From NCBI RefSeq assembly GCF_001194135.2, contig NC_068986.1, forward strand, positions 46,814,353 through 46,878,352: a DNA stretch of 64,000 nucleotides. Reading direction: 5' to 3'. Under the pieces are notes generated by a model. The model saw only the letters and a list, made by a program, of their open reading frames with translations. It was not told where the DNA came from and did not search any database. Origin of the DNA: Octopus bimaculoides. Taxonomy: Eukaryota. The translations under genes were made by a program, and so were the position numbers. The stretch's first letter is position 1, and every line of letters starts with the position of its first letter. Positions 38,140 through 51,171 of the stretch are shown in pieces.

Positions 38140-39130
38140 CGTAAAGTGGCCGGAGACGGCTAGTCAGGCAGCTGAGGAAGTGCACTGAAAGACATAATTC
38201 AGCATATCTCGAGGGTGAAACACTTTGCAGACATTTCAGTGCTCTTCAGCTCCGAAGCTCTGGCCACCAAACAGTCCATGATTCCCTGTCGGAGTGCTCC
38301 CATCGTATTTAGGAAGGAGGATGGAAGAAGGACAGAGCATATAAAGATCTCAGGAATTCTGGCAAATTTATAGTGGATTTTAGCGTGTGTAGTTTTAGAA
38401 GGGAGTAACAGTCTCCTGGAGATAAAGTCGACCTGTCTCGAAAATTGGTCTGGGACCAATGTGGAGGTGTTACACTACATTAAATCTGGCACGATCCATA
38501 TGGTCTTGGATCTTATGGATCTCAGACCTAATTCACCTTCCATAAAGAATGACATGTTACGATTAAGCGTAAAAAGCTATGGTGCTACCTGTATGAGGAG
38601 ACAAGCCACTTGAGAGTTTTCTGCTCCTAACAGAAGACAGAAAACCATGGAGCCTTCTTACTGCCAACAACAGGTCCCCAAAAGCCTCAACAACCAAACT
38701 GCTAACGATTACCGACAAAAGTAGATCCAACCCCGGCAACAACTGCATCATCGTCAACATGAACAGCAAAAATCAGTAAATGCTGGAAGATCACCAACAC
38801 CAACAACAACAGCAACAACAGCCACAGCAGCAACACCAGCAACAACAGCAACAACAGCAGCACCAATATCACCAACACCAGCAACAGATGCACTACCACC
38901 ACTTCCTTCAATAGCAGAAGTGCCCGCCACCCAATAGTTTAGCTGAAATGTGGGTGAATGTGACGGAAATGATCCCCGTGAATGGGCCTACTCTGAACAT
39001 ACGCTTCTAATCCAGAAGAGTTGAGAGGAGGGTGGCAGCTGCTTAGATGCTCATGGTGGTGGAAGTAACCAGGATTGTGGGATTCCTTGTTGTCCCTGGG
39101 TTAACTGTTCTTGTTTTCATTTTACACACA
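38140..39130 (+). mobile_element. L1/Tx1 derivative: ORF1 remnant joined to the extreme 3' end of ORF2 and UTR
   Basis: DGRRTEHIKISGI, degenerate knuckle CYLYEETSHLRVFC (~38605-38646), a (CAA/CAG) tract, then WVNVTEMIPVNGPTLNIRF* (38951-39010) homologous to minus-strand 8300-8465. Confidence 0.6.
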
Positions 39131-39159
39131 GAGTTTGTGCTCTGCACACCACCGATTTT

Positions 39160-39345
39160 GACCAAAGGAAAAGCAAAAGCCAATACAGCTTGGTACCAGT
39201 GATGTCGCAACTCATTTCTACAGCTTAGTAAACTGGAGTAACGTGAACAAGGGTTCTTGCTCAAGAACACAACAAACAGCCAGGTCCCGGAATCGATCTT
39301 ACAACCGCACGAGTGTAAGCCCGACACTCTAACCATTGAGCCATA
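39160..39345 (-). mobile_element. tRNA-derived CORE-like SINE (family C)
   Basis: Reverse complement TGGCTCAATGGTTAGAGTGTCGG (A box)..GATCGATTCC (B box)..GTGTTCTTGAGCAAGA..GCTGTAGAAATGAGT. Confidence 0.75.
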
Positions 39346-41364
39346 ATATTTCAAATATAATTTTAAAAAAAAAAAAAAAAGATAATTACTCACATATCAT
39401 AAGCTATACCACTAAACATTGAAGACAGCTTTCAAATTCGTATTTAAAAAATGCTTTCTGCTCCGCTCAATTCATCTGTTATGTAAATAATTTGTAATTA
39501 TTGCCTTTTAAAATATAAACTTTTTTATTATGCTCAAGACACAAATCCACTGAGAAAGGAAATGTGATTGTGTAACGTTAATACTTTTTTTCAAAATCAC
39601 TGAGAAAAGAAAAAATTAAGCCCGCTCATACTTTCAACTTAATTCTTCTCGACAGCACTCGCTATTGTATTTTTGGAATATTGATTTGGTACTTAAGCAA
39701 ATTATTTTATGGAAAAGCGAAAGGACATTACGAGACGTGAACTTGGCTAGCTGACACAACTTTTATGCTCTTCACATTTTACAATTACAGCAATATATTT
39801 TGACTCCACAGTTTATTGCTGTTATTTATTTCTTACTCGGAGAAAAACATGGTGTTAGAAATTTGAACTCAGTACAGTAAGACAGGCGATGTAAAGTATT
39901 TTTCCTGGCTTTCTATTGATTGCACCTGCTGTGCCGATCTATAAAATGTAATGTCTAAAACAATGTAGTCATTTAATTCCCAAAACAATGTTGTTGCTTG
40001 ATTCCCAAAGCAAAGATAATATACGTCGATACAGTATCTCGGCAATAAATTAACTGTTTCAACATGATAAATTGGAAGTTAACCGAATTGAAAAGCTGAG
40101 ATACGAAATCGAGTTACACATACTGTTCCAAATCTTCAAGGTTAATACAGAGACTAATAAATATATTCAGAAAAGTTATATATAAAATTACAGAGTTTAG
40201 CATACAAGGAAGGAAGACAAAAGAAATAAAGGTGGATTTTTATACCCAATACGGCGATGAGGCCAAAAAAAATGTTTTTAATACTTTCAGAGAGAAAGAA
40301 ACATATAAAACTATAGAAGCTTCATTCACCAAGGGAGGAGAGAGATGCACCTATACACTAAAGGAAGATGTAAATCTCATAAAATACAATACAAAAGAAA
40401 ATCTCTAAACACGCTTGCGTAAAGCGACATGAAATTTTCCTTTGTGGCAATTTTAGCTTCAGCGGGAAAAAAATCCATAGTATAGCCAATATTGGCTCAA
40501 GCACTGTTTGATTGTTGATGCTCATAATTAGAGTTTAGGCAGGAAAACCAGAAACTAATCTAACAAAAGTTAATGATAGAATATGAAACATTCTTCGTCA
40601 CAAAAAACACCAACAAATAATCGGATGACCAAGTTTAAAAACATCCAAGCATAATTACAGGCGCCAGCCAAATAGTCGTAGTGGTTATATTCATTGGTTA
40701 CTATGCCAATAATTTCAAATGAAGATAAATAAAATTTATACCAGAGCCAAAATATTGCCTCTGGTAATGGCAGAACAATAATAGTCTGATATTGGTTTGG
40801 AGTAATAGATATGATAAACAATTCTAAACAACCAACCACAACATTTTTTTTCTATCGTTTTTTACTCGGTCCTTCTGAGCCAATAGATATTGCAAACCCT
40901 TTCCATATAATTATTATTAGAAAACCATTCAGATACAATGAATCTCATGCTGCTCTGAGATACGCGGATTGAAGCAGCAAAACGTATCTACATTATTTGG
41001 CGTGAACGTAGGAAAATACGAACAAAATTACAAAACCGCATTAAGGTTCCTAAAACTACATATATCAAACAATATCACAACCGTACACAGCATACATATT
41101 ACAAAGAATCCTTTCAAATCATTCACTCAATGAACACACGAAAGTCGAACAAGGAAAGCTATTCCAAGAACAATCAGAAGCTAAACTTGCGAATAGTAAT
41201 AACTATTTGGAAGTAAATAAACCAAAAGACTTCATACATACCTGATACACATATTTGTGGTGGTGATGGTGGAAACTATGATAATATGTAAAAGGAATAT
41301 TTAAAACAGCAATGACTTCTGATTTATGGATTAGTCGATAGCAGAGAGCCCAGTATTCGATCTC

Positions 41365-41963
41365 GGAGAGCTGATAGGAAAAGTTGACCACGGTAACATT
41401 TGAAATCAGAAAGTAAAGAGTCGGAACAAACAGCGCAAAACAGTTTTTTCCGACTCGTTAATGATTCAACCAGTGTACCACCTTCGAAAAAAAAAAGACT
41501 ATATCGAAAGTAATAATTCTTTTTACTATAGATACAAGGCGGGAATTTTTTGTGGGTAGGAGACTAGTCAATTGCATCGACCCCAGTACTTCACTGGAGC
41601 TTATATTATCAGCCCAAAAGAATGAAAGACAAAGCTGACCTCAGCAATATTCGAACTCAAGATATAAAGTCGGAAGAAATGCTGTTAAATATTTTATCCA
41701 GCATGCTAATGATTTTGCCAGCTTTAAAATAAAAAAAAATGCTTTCAAATTTTGGTACAAGGCTAGTAAGTTTATAGAATGGAGCAAATCAATCGCATTG
41801 ACCTCAGAGCTCGACTGGTACTGTGGTACTGTTTTATTGACCACGAAAGGATGAAAAGCGAAGTTGACTTCAGTGGCTTTTGAACTCAGAGCATAAAGCC
41901 AGAAGAAATCCCGCGATGCATTTTGTCCAATGCTGTAACGATTCTGACGACTCGCCGCCTTAA
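41365..41963 (-). mobile_element. Three tandem SINE family A copies
   Basis: Copies at ~41365-41485, 41512-41725 and 41742-41963. The last ends at the head CTCGCCGCCTTAA. Confidence 0.75.
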
Positions 41964-44900
41964 ATATTTGTAATAATAATGATAACAGTAATAATGATTT
42001 ATAACTGTAGTGCACGTGGTTACAAATATATTGTCAAAAGTTAAGGAGGTTTTAACTAACTCCAGTTCTTATCTGGTACTTAATCACAATCCCGGCCGGT
42101 TTAGATCTCAGAAATAAAAGAAACATATAACTAGATAACACATGACATTTTATTCTGGTACACTACATTTTCTTATCACTATGATAATCGTGTTCGGGAC
42201 ACACATTTTGATATGGCATCGCAGAGTCGAATACAAAACCAGGAATGATTGGAACTAATCAAAATGTGCTGCAAAAGCTAAACATTTTTTATTCATATAA
42301 TCGAAAGATGTATCTGTTCTTAAAGGATAACAGAATAATGCCCATCAAAAGCTGCTCGATGGGAAAATATTTAAGCAGTAGAAACAAGGTTGTAAGAGAA
42401 AACTAAAAAAAGTCTTTTGGTGTTTGAGAGAAAAATAGTCACTAATCTATTTCTCAGTAGCTTGTTTTGTCAACGATAGATCATTGTGCATTATGCTATT
42501 TTTAATAAAATCGTTTCATTGATCAAAGATTGTTATTAATCTCTAGATAAAGTAAAGCTGTTTTATATCTAATATCTTTCTTCAATTAAAAACAGGATAA
42601 TAGTAACTCTGTTTATTTGTTTCCTCATTGTTATTCAATATATATTTTATCCATGATATTGCTTCATATCATTAAGAATACGTTCAAAAGAATTGTAAGC
42701 CACCGAAGCATTTATGCTGTACTTATTGCCTTCATATAGCTACCGAAATGGGTTGATCATAAATTCGGTTTTATGCATAATCTCGGAATGAATAGGAATA
42801 AATTTCCACTTTTTGAAATGATTTAACTAAAACAATTCGAATTATTCAAGTGTAATCTCACAAATTCTTGTATTAACACAATAGTGTTTGCATATATGCA
42901 TATATGTATGCATGTAAGCCCAAAAGAACTCTTTAGTCAGATGATGTCAGATTTGTGACCGTATTTTATCTAACTAAACGCAATGAGAAAGTAATTAACT
43001 AAGTTTCCACAAAAAGTTTTGATTGAATTTTGATTTTTGAACAGTAATTAATAATTTACGTACATAACTTCACTATATGTGTAAAACGACAGAGCTAGTA
43101 ATATTTCCTTCGTTTGCATGATAATTTCACAGGCTAGTAATGTAAAAACAAATTCAGATTTGTTAAAGTAAGCGGAACCAGTGTTTAGTTGCCCCTTAAT
43201 CCATATTCCAATGAACAATATGAATAACTTCATAATTACTTCACTATCTTATCAGGTTCAAGTGTTATCAATGAACCGCTGTTCTAATTTATGTATATTT
43301 TATTTTGAAGAAATTTGGCAAGTATAATAGAATAACAATACGCTTTTGGCAAGCTAGTTTCTGTTGCTGGTTAGAAAAAGAAATTACTTACATCACGAAA
43401 GCTACAATGAAATACATGAATATCATACCATTTCATTTTCTGTCTGTAGAAATATAAATTCAACTTCCTACTTGAAAAGAAACCAATTTTGGTATTGAGG
43501 TAGATTATTTTACAAGTTATATGATACAGAGTGAATTTGAAATACTTTTTACTTCTTAACACTTAGTAAAATGGTCTCTTTGATACCATAAAAAACCTCT
43601 GATACGAAGATCTTAAGATTGTTTCACTTTACCGATAAAAGGCGAATTTCATACGCAGTATCTATATCTATTCTATTGATCTGACAGTTATATGATAGAT
43701 TATATATTAAAGAATACTTGAGAGCCGTCTATGTGAGATTTGTACTATTCTAATACACTAAACGACTTGACCTTACAAATATTAATGAAATATAACCATT
43801 GATGAAATGCTACTCAACAAGACTTCTAGTTATATCTGATATTATTAAACCTAATAGAGTATCATCGCTAAAACCTGTATTCTCTCTTTAAAGATAGTAA
43901 ATAATCGTAAGTAAATAATTTCAGCAAAAGAATCTGTGAAGTATCGTAGAGAGCAGGTTAAATAACCATGAAATCTTAGTTAGATGTTCTCAATATTTCA
44001 AATTGAAGGTCTGTGAGCCAGTAGAAACATAGATCGCCGTTGACTAGTTTATGATTTTACCTGCGTCTACTATTCATTATGTTTCTAGAGTTGATACCAT
44101 AATTACAAGTCATTCACTGACGTTGATTAATATGTTTTATATATTTCTTTCCTACTAAAACTTGTATCTAATAAATAAATCACTATTTTGATTCCCGTCA
44201 TCGTGACGTCAACAAGCACAAATTTTAGATGTGTAAAATTATGTTATGATTCGTTTACTCTTATTATGCAACATTATACAATCGACTGTTATATCATATT
44301 GACAACTTTTGAAATAATTTCTAAAATTCTTTCTATAAACATTCAATACGAAGAATAGTTTCATTTATTTTCGCAGGCTATCTCGCCGCATTAATTCATT
44401 CCTGTTAATAAATTAAATGGCCAGCAATAGTAATAGATCGAATTCTTGGTCAGATTAAATAGAGAATTAACCTGCAGAAACCTCTATGATTTCAAATAAC
44501 ATGTGATTACATCTGCAGTAAAGCAAGAGATGAGAGGATAAAATTCATCAGAGATATTCCATCGAAATCTTTAATGATTTTGGAATGGCTTCCAGTCATG
44601 TTCCGGTTCTGCCGTCTGAATAGAGCTCAGCTTTACTACACCCGGAAGACTTTCAAGTAGTAGAGCAAGCATTTACTTTCTTTCTCTGATCAGTAATCTA
44701 ATAATTACATTACCAGGCAATTTGTAATGTATCAATAAATGGCTGATTTCCCAATGAAAAAATAAATCGCGTGATGGAAATAACAATGCACGTTCATAAT
44801 AGCAATCATCTTGATTGAAGAATGATATTCATAAAGGAAAAGCTTTGCCATTTGCCGACATTCTAACAATATTGATTTCTTGCTTAGGCAGAGGGTCGAA

Positions 44901-45491
44901 TATTTTATAGAGAAGTGTAATGAAAATATGTGACATTCATGCCTTTAACAACAGAAGTAAATTAGTTTCAACTACAAAATGAAACTGAATCGCAGAATCG
45001 GATTTTCATCTGGATATTTGTTAAATTCAACTTTCTTACACAAATTATTTCTCCATTTTTAATCTGCAATGTATTTTGAATCTCCCATCACAGTTATTAT
45101 GATAATGTTCCAGATTTTTTTTCTCCTTCCGTTGCTAAGATGACAAAGATTACGAACAGAATCAAAATTTACTATTTAGATATGAATGTCAAATGTAAAA
45201 TAACACTATTTTCCTATGGTTCTGTTTAATATTAATTATTAAAAAAAAAGCTATTGTTGTAGGCGACACAGAAAATAGTAGGTTGGTAGCGATAATGAAG
45301 TGTATGACAGAAACGAGATGAGAATATTAGTTTTGGAAAATGACGGTCAGACTAATAAAAAAATAATTAATAACTCAGAGAAAGTTCTTGTTGAACAGGT
45401 ATATAAACTATTAGTGTGCGTAAATAGTGATATGAAACTTGAATAATACACAAGCCGAGTAGTCTGCACTAAATATAGTAGGATTGTAATT

Positions 45492-46778
45492 TTGGGTTAT
45501 CCCATAAATAATGTTTTTTTTATACTTCTTTCATTTTTCAAAATTAAGATGAACAAAGTTCTTTTTCAATCTAAAATATACCCTCCTCCATGTTTTACAG
45601 TGATCTTCCATCTATCTGGTAGACTTGCAAGGACCCTTTTCCAAAATTCACTTATCCGTGGCGAAAAATACTCCTCCTTTACTGTTGTGACCTCGTCTAC
45701 AGAATTCATATTTTTTCCGTCGAAATGATTTTGAAGACTGCGGAATAAATGATAGTCAGACGGAGCAATGTCCGGCGAATATGGTGGGTGGGGCATCGTT
45801 TCCCATTCAAACTGCTCCAGCCTTTAGAATGTCATCCTCGCTGTATGTAGCCGAGCATTATCCTAATGGAAGAACATCTTTCGTCTTGAAACCAAAGATG
45901 GTCGTTTTCCTTCAAGCGCTGACTTAAGCCGCTCAGGCAGCTCACAGTAGATTTCCTTTGTTATCGTTTCGTTTTGGTTTAAAAATTCAAAGTAGACTAA
46001 ACCTTTCATATCCCACCAAACAGACAACAAAACTTTATGTGAGTGAAGACCTTCTTTAGCCTGGGTTACCGGTGTTTCTCCTTTCCCTACCCACTGTCTT
46101 CGGCGCTTAACATTTTTATTGAGAACCTATTTCTCGTCACCAGTTACTATTCGGTCTAAAAAGGGTTCAATCATGAAACGTGACGGAAAAGAAGAGCACA
46201 CCTTCACTCTCTGCGTGATTAGACTCGAAAAGTCTGTGAAGAACCCATTGACCCAATTTGCTGACTTTTCCGATGGCACGCAGGTGTCGATGAATGGTTG
46301 AATGACGAAATCCAAGCTTCTCTGCTAGTTCCTCAACAATTACGATGAGTTTTGTCCCACCAGGGTTTGCAGGACGTCTTCATCGAGCTCTACAAATCTT
46401 CCAGAGTACGGCTCGTCTTCTGGGCTGTAGTTTCCGGTTCAGAATTTCTGCAACTACTGTTGTCACCGGCTTACGCTTATTGTCCGATCCCCATATGCTG
46501 CATTAATATTCTTCGAACGTTCCATTGTGTCGTTAGCTTTATTGAACTCAAAAAGCAAAATATGCCGAATATGCTTCTTTGTCACTACCATTATAGCTTT
46601 GAAAAAATAATTGCTAAAATCAAACTGCACTCTTCAGAACTTGCACTTAGAATAAGTATAAGGTAAAACTATTACCTACTTTCATAGCAAGTTGGTGCAG
46701 GTAGTTTATTAAGCCCCTTCTCCTCCGACTTTTAGTTCATGCAACTGAAAAAACCGCATTATCTGTGGGATGACTCAA
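45492..46778 (-). mobile_element. Full-length mariner, same family as 20637-21886, inactivated
   Basis: TIRs TTGGGTTATCCCATAAATAATG and CCGCATTATCTGTGGGATGACTCAA|TA. ATG at 46591; motifs GQWVLHRL, VTGDEK*, VWWDMKG and PYSPDIAPSDYHLF. Several stops. Confidence 0.95.
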
Positions 46779-49122
46779 TATATTTTAGTATGTAATCAGC
46801 ATGACGTTAGAAGGAATCCAGATAATTTCTTTGAATATATAGATTACAACTCAAATATAATGCAAAATCAAACTTACAAAATAAACATTATTGAATCCTC
46901 AAGTCCTAAGACATGCCTTAATCGTCATGCCAACATACCGTCGATTTAAATAACCGCTGAATAAATATTATATATATATTGGCTGAATTCATTTTCTAAG
47001 TCAGTTTGATAAATTCTTCCACTTCTGTTTGATCAATATGTAGAGAGAGTAGTCGGATACTGTTTCTATAATGAGTAGTTGTTTAATTTCCTCCTTTCAG
47101 TGAAAACAGCAATTTTCTTTCATTAATGAATGTAGATAGTTGTATGGCATTAATGAATATTGATCTATTTCTTTTAAGCAAGCAACGCCGGGCAGTAAGC
47201 TATGAATGACATTTTCCTTGTCTAAACTACTATTTACCATTTTCAAGATATAGGTTATCGTTAGAAACGATGACAACAAGAATATCTTATTTAGCTCCAA
47301 TTATATAACTGTGTGTTGGCGACACAAATATTAGCTGAGATCTTGGCGGAGATTCAGCCAAGTATTTCATTTAAAATCCTAAGAATGAACGAAATTAGAG
47401 TATGAAGTTATAAAAAGATACGTTTTTTTTATATAAATCACTTCAGTCTTACGTTATTTGTAAAACACACTACTACATTTGCAATAGTTTTCTGTCAAAT
47501 AGATTAGTTAATATCACAGCAAATTTTAGATTAGGTAAAATCGCAGTAAATTTAACTAATTGACGCCAATATTCTCATAAATGACTTTAATGAACTTGAT
47601 AAAATCTTTTAAATTACAGTGTATAAACATTACTTGAAACATAACTTTATTTAATGGTTTTGTTTATTTACAGGTTTTATCTAAATAGTGCGATCTAGTG
47701 TTGAAAGGATATACTGTTTACAATCTAACAGAAAAAGGAAAGCAATAAAGTTGTTATGTGCAGAAATATGGCCACTTGTGAAGGAAATATACGGCACTCA
47801 TTGTTAGTTGTTCTAAACTGATGTTCTAAGGACTTGTGTTTTGTTGAATTTGGACGGTAGTGTGGAAACTAATATGATTTAATAAATCTTATGTTGAATG
47901 ACAGAAAGGGTGTCCGCGGGAAAATAAATTTCCGTAATCTAACAAATTATATTTCATTCTTGTAAAGATTAAAATGGTGACGTGTGATAAATTAGGTTAT
48001 GTGCTTTGCTGCTTTTAGTTATGTTACTTTATAATTTGGGTTCAGATCTCGCCGGAAATGGTGCAAAATTTCTTACATTTCAGCTTGTCTCGTATTAATT
48101 GTTGCGGTTGATATTTAATTACACGATCGATGTGACCTGTCATCGAGTGCACGCTGTTCAAGGTCATCTACCCTATAAATTTAAGACTACCTTATACAGT
48201 ATGCTCATCCTATTATACCACGAGGGGTGATGGTTTGATGGTAATTTAACTGCTATTTCTAGCAGCCCATTTGACTACATGCGGGCACCCACCTTGATTC
48301 GTATTTTCCTGATATATGATATGAGTTTGTTTATTATGAGTTTTTTTTTTTAATCAAATGCATTATGGCAAGTTACATTTAGTTCTGGTCTCCAGATAAC
48401 TGATATTCATTTAATCTAGCAAAATATATATAAACGTCTCCTGCAAACTTTAGACCGACTTGTTTATAAAATTTACCAGTAGTTTGCTTGAAAGAAGATA
48501 TATATATANNNNNNNNNNNNNNNNNNNNNNNNNNNNNNNNNNNNNNNNNNNNNNNNNNNNNNNNNNNNNNNNNNNNNNNNNNNNNNNNNNNNNNNNNNNN
48601 NNNNNNNNNNNNNNNNNNNNNNNNNNNNNNNNNNNNNNNNNNNNNNNNNNNNNNNNNNNNNNNNNNNNNNNNNNNNNNNNNNNNNNNNNNNNNNNNNNNN
48701 NNNNNNNNNNNNNNNNNNNNNNNNNNNNNNNNNNNNNNNNNNNNNNNNNNNNNNNNNNNNNNNNNNNNNNNNNNNNNNNNNNNNNNNNNNNNNNNNNNNN
48801 NNNNNNNNNNNNNNNNNNNNNNNNNNNNNNNNNNNNNNNNNNNNNNNNNNNNNNNNNNNNNNNNNNNNNNNNNNNNNNNNNNNNNNNNNNNNNNNNNNNN
48901 NNNNNNNNNNNNNNNNNNNNNNNNNNNNNNNNNNNNNNNNNNNNNNNNNNNNNNNNNNNNNNNNNNNNNNNNNNNNNNNNNNNNNNNNNNNNNNNNNNNN
49001 NNNNNNNNNNNNNNNNNNNNNNNNNNNNNNNNNNNNNNNNNNNNNNNNNNNNNNNNNNNNNNNNNNNNNNNNNNNNNNNNNNNNNNNNNNNNNNNNNNNN
49101 NNNNNNNNNNNNNNNNNNNNNN

Positions 49123-49164
<42 letters not shown>

Positions 49165-49531
49165 CATGTTCATGTTCAAAATAGTAAATAAAGATACACA
49201 ATTGAGAACAGGAATTACGAAAACGCTGTAACAAGAGTTCAGACGGTAAGTTACTTAATTGGTTGATAGGTCAGTGCTATGCTATTAACACCTCCTGTAA
49301 CAAATGCATATTTTAACAATGATATTCTTCGTTGAAATGCTAAATATCGGCATTTTATGAATTGGAATTCAATAAAGTAAATAACTAAGAAAGATGTTTG
49401 AATTATAACGATGTGAACTAAATCGATGCTTTTCGATTCATTGATGAAGTAGGGTTAACCTATAAGCGAAGGATTACCTCGTAAATACAGTTATATTCTT
49501 CATTACGGCAGCTAACTGTATAACTCAAACT

Positions 49532-50143
49532 GGATCTTTTTTAAAACGGGGGCCACATTTTTCATTAACGAAACACTTTGAAACTTGGAACACTGGTAGA
49601 ATGTGTCATATAAAACATCTTTTTCTCTTAGTCTTTAAAAAAAAGAAATCCATAAATTATTCCATGTTAAAGTTGTCGTATTTCTGTAATTTCAACCAAT
49701 CACTGACTTCCATTCAGCCGATATACATTAAGTGCCGACTACATAAACAAACGATTCTGAAACAATTAACCCTAACCCTAACCCTAACTCTAATCCTAAC
49801 CCTAACCCTAGGGTTAGGGTTAGGGTTAGGGTTAGAGTTAGGGTTAGGGTTAAAGCAAATTTAAAATGAAAAAAGCAAATAAAACGAAGGTATTGAGATT
49901 AAATACGCTTTACATCGCTTAATGAGCCAAAGGAGTAAATGTAAACAACTGAATACTTGTCAGTGATTGGTTGAAGTTATCGAAATAAGACAATTTTTTA
50001 CATGAAATAAATTCGGATACAAAAATATTTTTCTGTTCTATAACACAAAATAGATAAGTATACGAAGTTTGAAAGTCTTTCGGTACCAAAAACACCACGT
50101 AAAACATTAATGAAAAATGTGGCCCCCGTTTTAAAAAAGATCC
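49532..50143. mobile_element. 612-bp MITE with perfect 37-bp TIRs and 8-bp TSD (Merlin-like by GG termini)
   Basis: TIR GGATCTTTTTTAAAACGGGGGCCACATTTTTCATTAA at 49532-49568 and its exact reverse complement at 50107-50143. TSD CTCAAACT at 49524-49531 and 50144-50151. The superfamily is inference. Confidence 0.92.
49766..49853. repeat. Palindromic telomeric repeat (TAACCC)7-TA-(GGGTTA)7
   Basis: Read directly; dyad axis between 49809 and 49810; three variant units. Confidence 0.97.
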
Positions 50144-51135
50144 CTCAAACTAAATTAGTCTATTTACAAGGTATTATAGTTCCGATATTATATTTCAGTT
50201 ATGAATCTTTTAAAATATTTAAGATACAGACACATATTTTGCTTTCCAAGTTTCTCAGTCATATCTCAAAGTATTTTTGATAGTAGATGAGAACGCACCG
50301 ACCATTCGTGCTATGTTAATGGGACTAGCGGCGAAAAACAAGCGAAAATATTTAGCTTTGCTCAAAACTGACTCAAAACATAGATCCCTAGGACTTTTAT
50401 TTTCAGTTTGTTGTTATTGGCATGGTGATATTTATAACAACGATTTCTCAAATTTGCTACAAGACCACACAATCTTCAATGAAGGAGCACTGTTAATTTT
50501 ATCGGCTCTGTAAGATTCACATTTTTTTGCTTACGGATTTAATAATACATTAATCGAACCCATGGAATTACCCTGTACTTTGATATCTTATAATAATTCT
50601 GCCTGTTCTTCCGTTACTTAGCCCGTCCGTAACGCTTCCTCGTAAATATTTGAAGGTGGAGGGGAGAGGGGAGAGAGGTTGTGGTGAATGAAATATGTCT
50701 TTTTCTTTTAGCTAAGATTTTTCCCCCTGTTACTTAGCCGTCTGTAACGCTTTCACGTGATTAATTGACAGGAAAGGCGAAGTGCGAAAGAAAAACGAGA
50801 GAAAAAAGAGTGTAAGGCGAATAGTAAGAGAGAAAGAGGGAGAGTGCTGTGTATTAAGTCTATAAACTTGTGCATAAAGTATATAAAATGTATATTTTTA
50901 CTAAATCTCCCACTTCTTAGGATTCTGTCTTACTTTATCTGTTTCTCTCTCTCTATTCCTCTCATATTTTCTTCCTTTCTGTTTTCATTGATTCCATTAT
51001 TTCCACCTTTTTTTTCGCTTCCTCTTTCAAACACTGCCAAAGTATTTTCTCTGGCTTATACTCCTTATTTATTTCTCTCATTCTCTCTCTCTCTCACATA
51101 CACACACACACACACACACACACCACACCACACAC

Positions 51136-51171
<36 letters not shown>

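Noticed and set aside
40570-40839. 89-aa hydrophobic minus-strand ORF
   Set aside because: No recognisable motif or convincing splice context.
44450-44550. Minus-strand polypyrimidine acceptor followed by a possible 41-nt micro-exon
   Set aside because: The donor is weak and the peptide is too short to assess.
49766-49853. Chromosome end-to-end fusion scar
   Set aside because: The orientation is CCCTAA then TTAGGG, opposite to a fusion, and the tract lies inside a TIR/TSD-bounded element.
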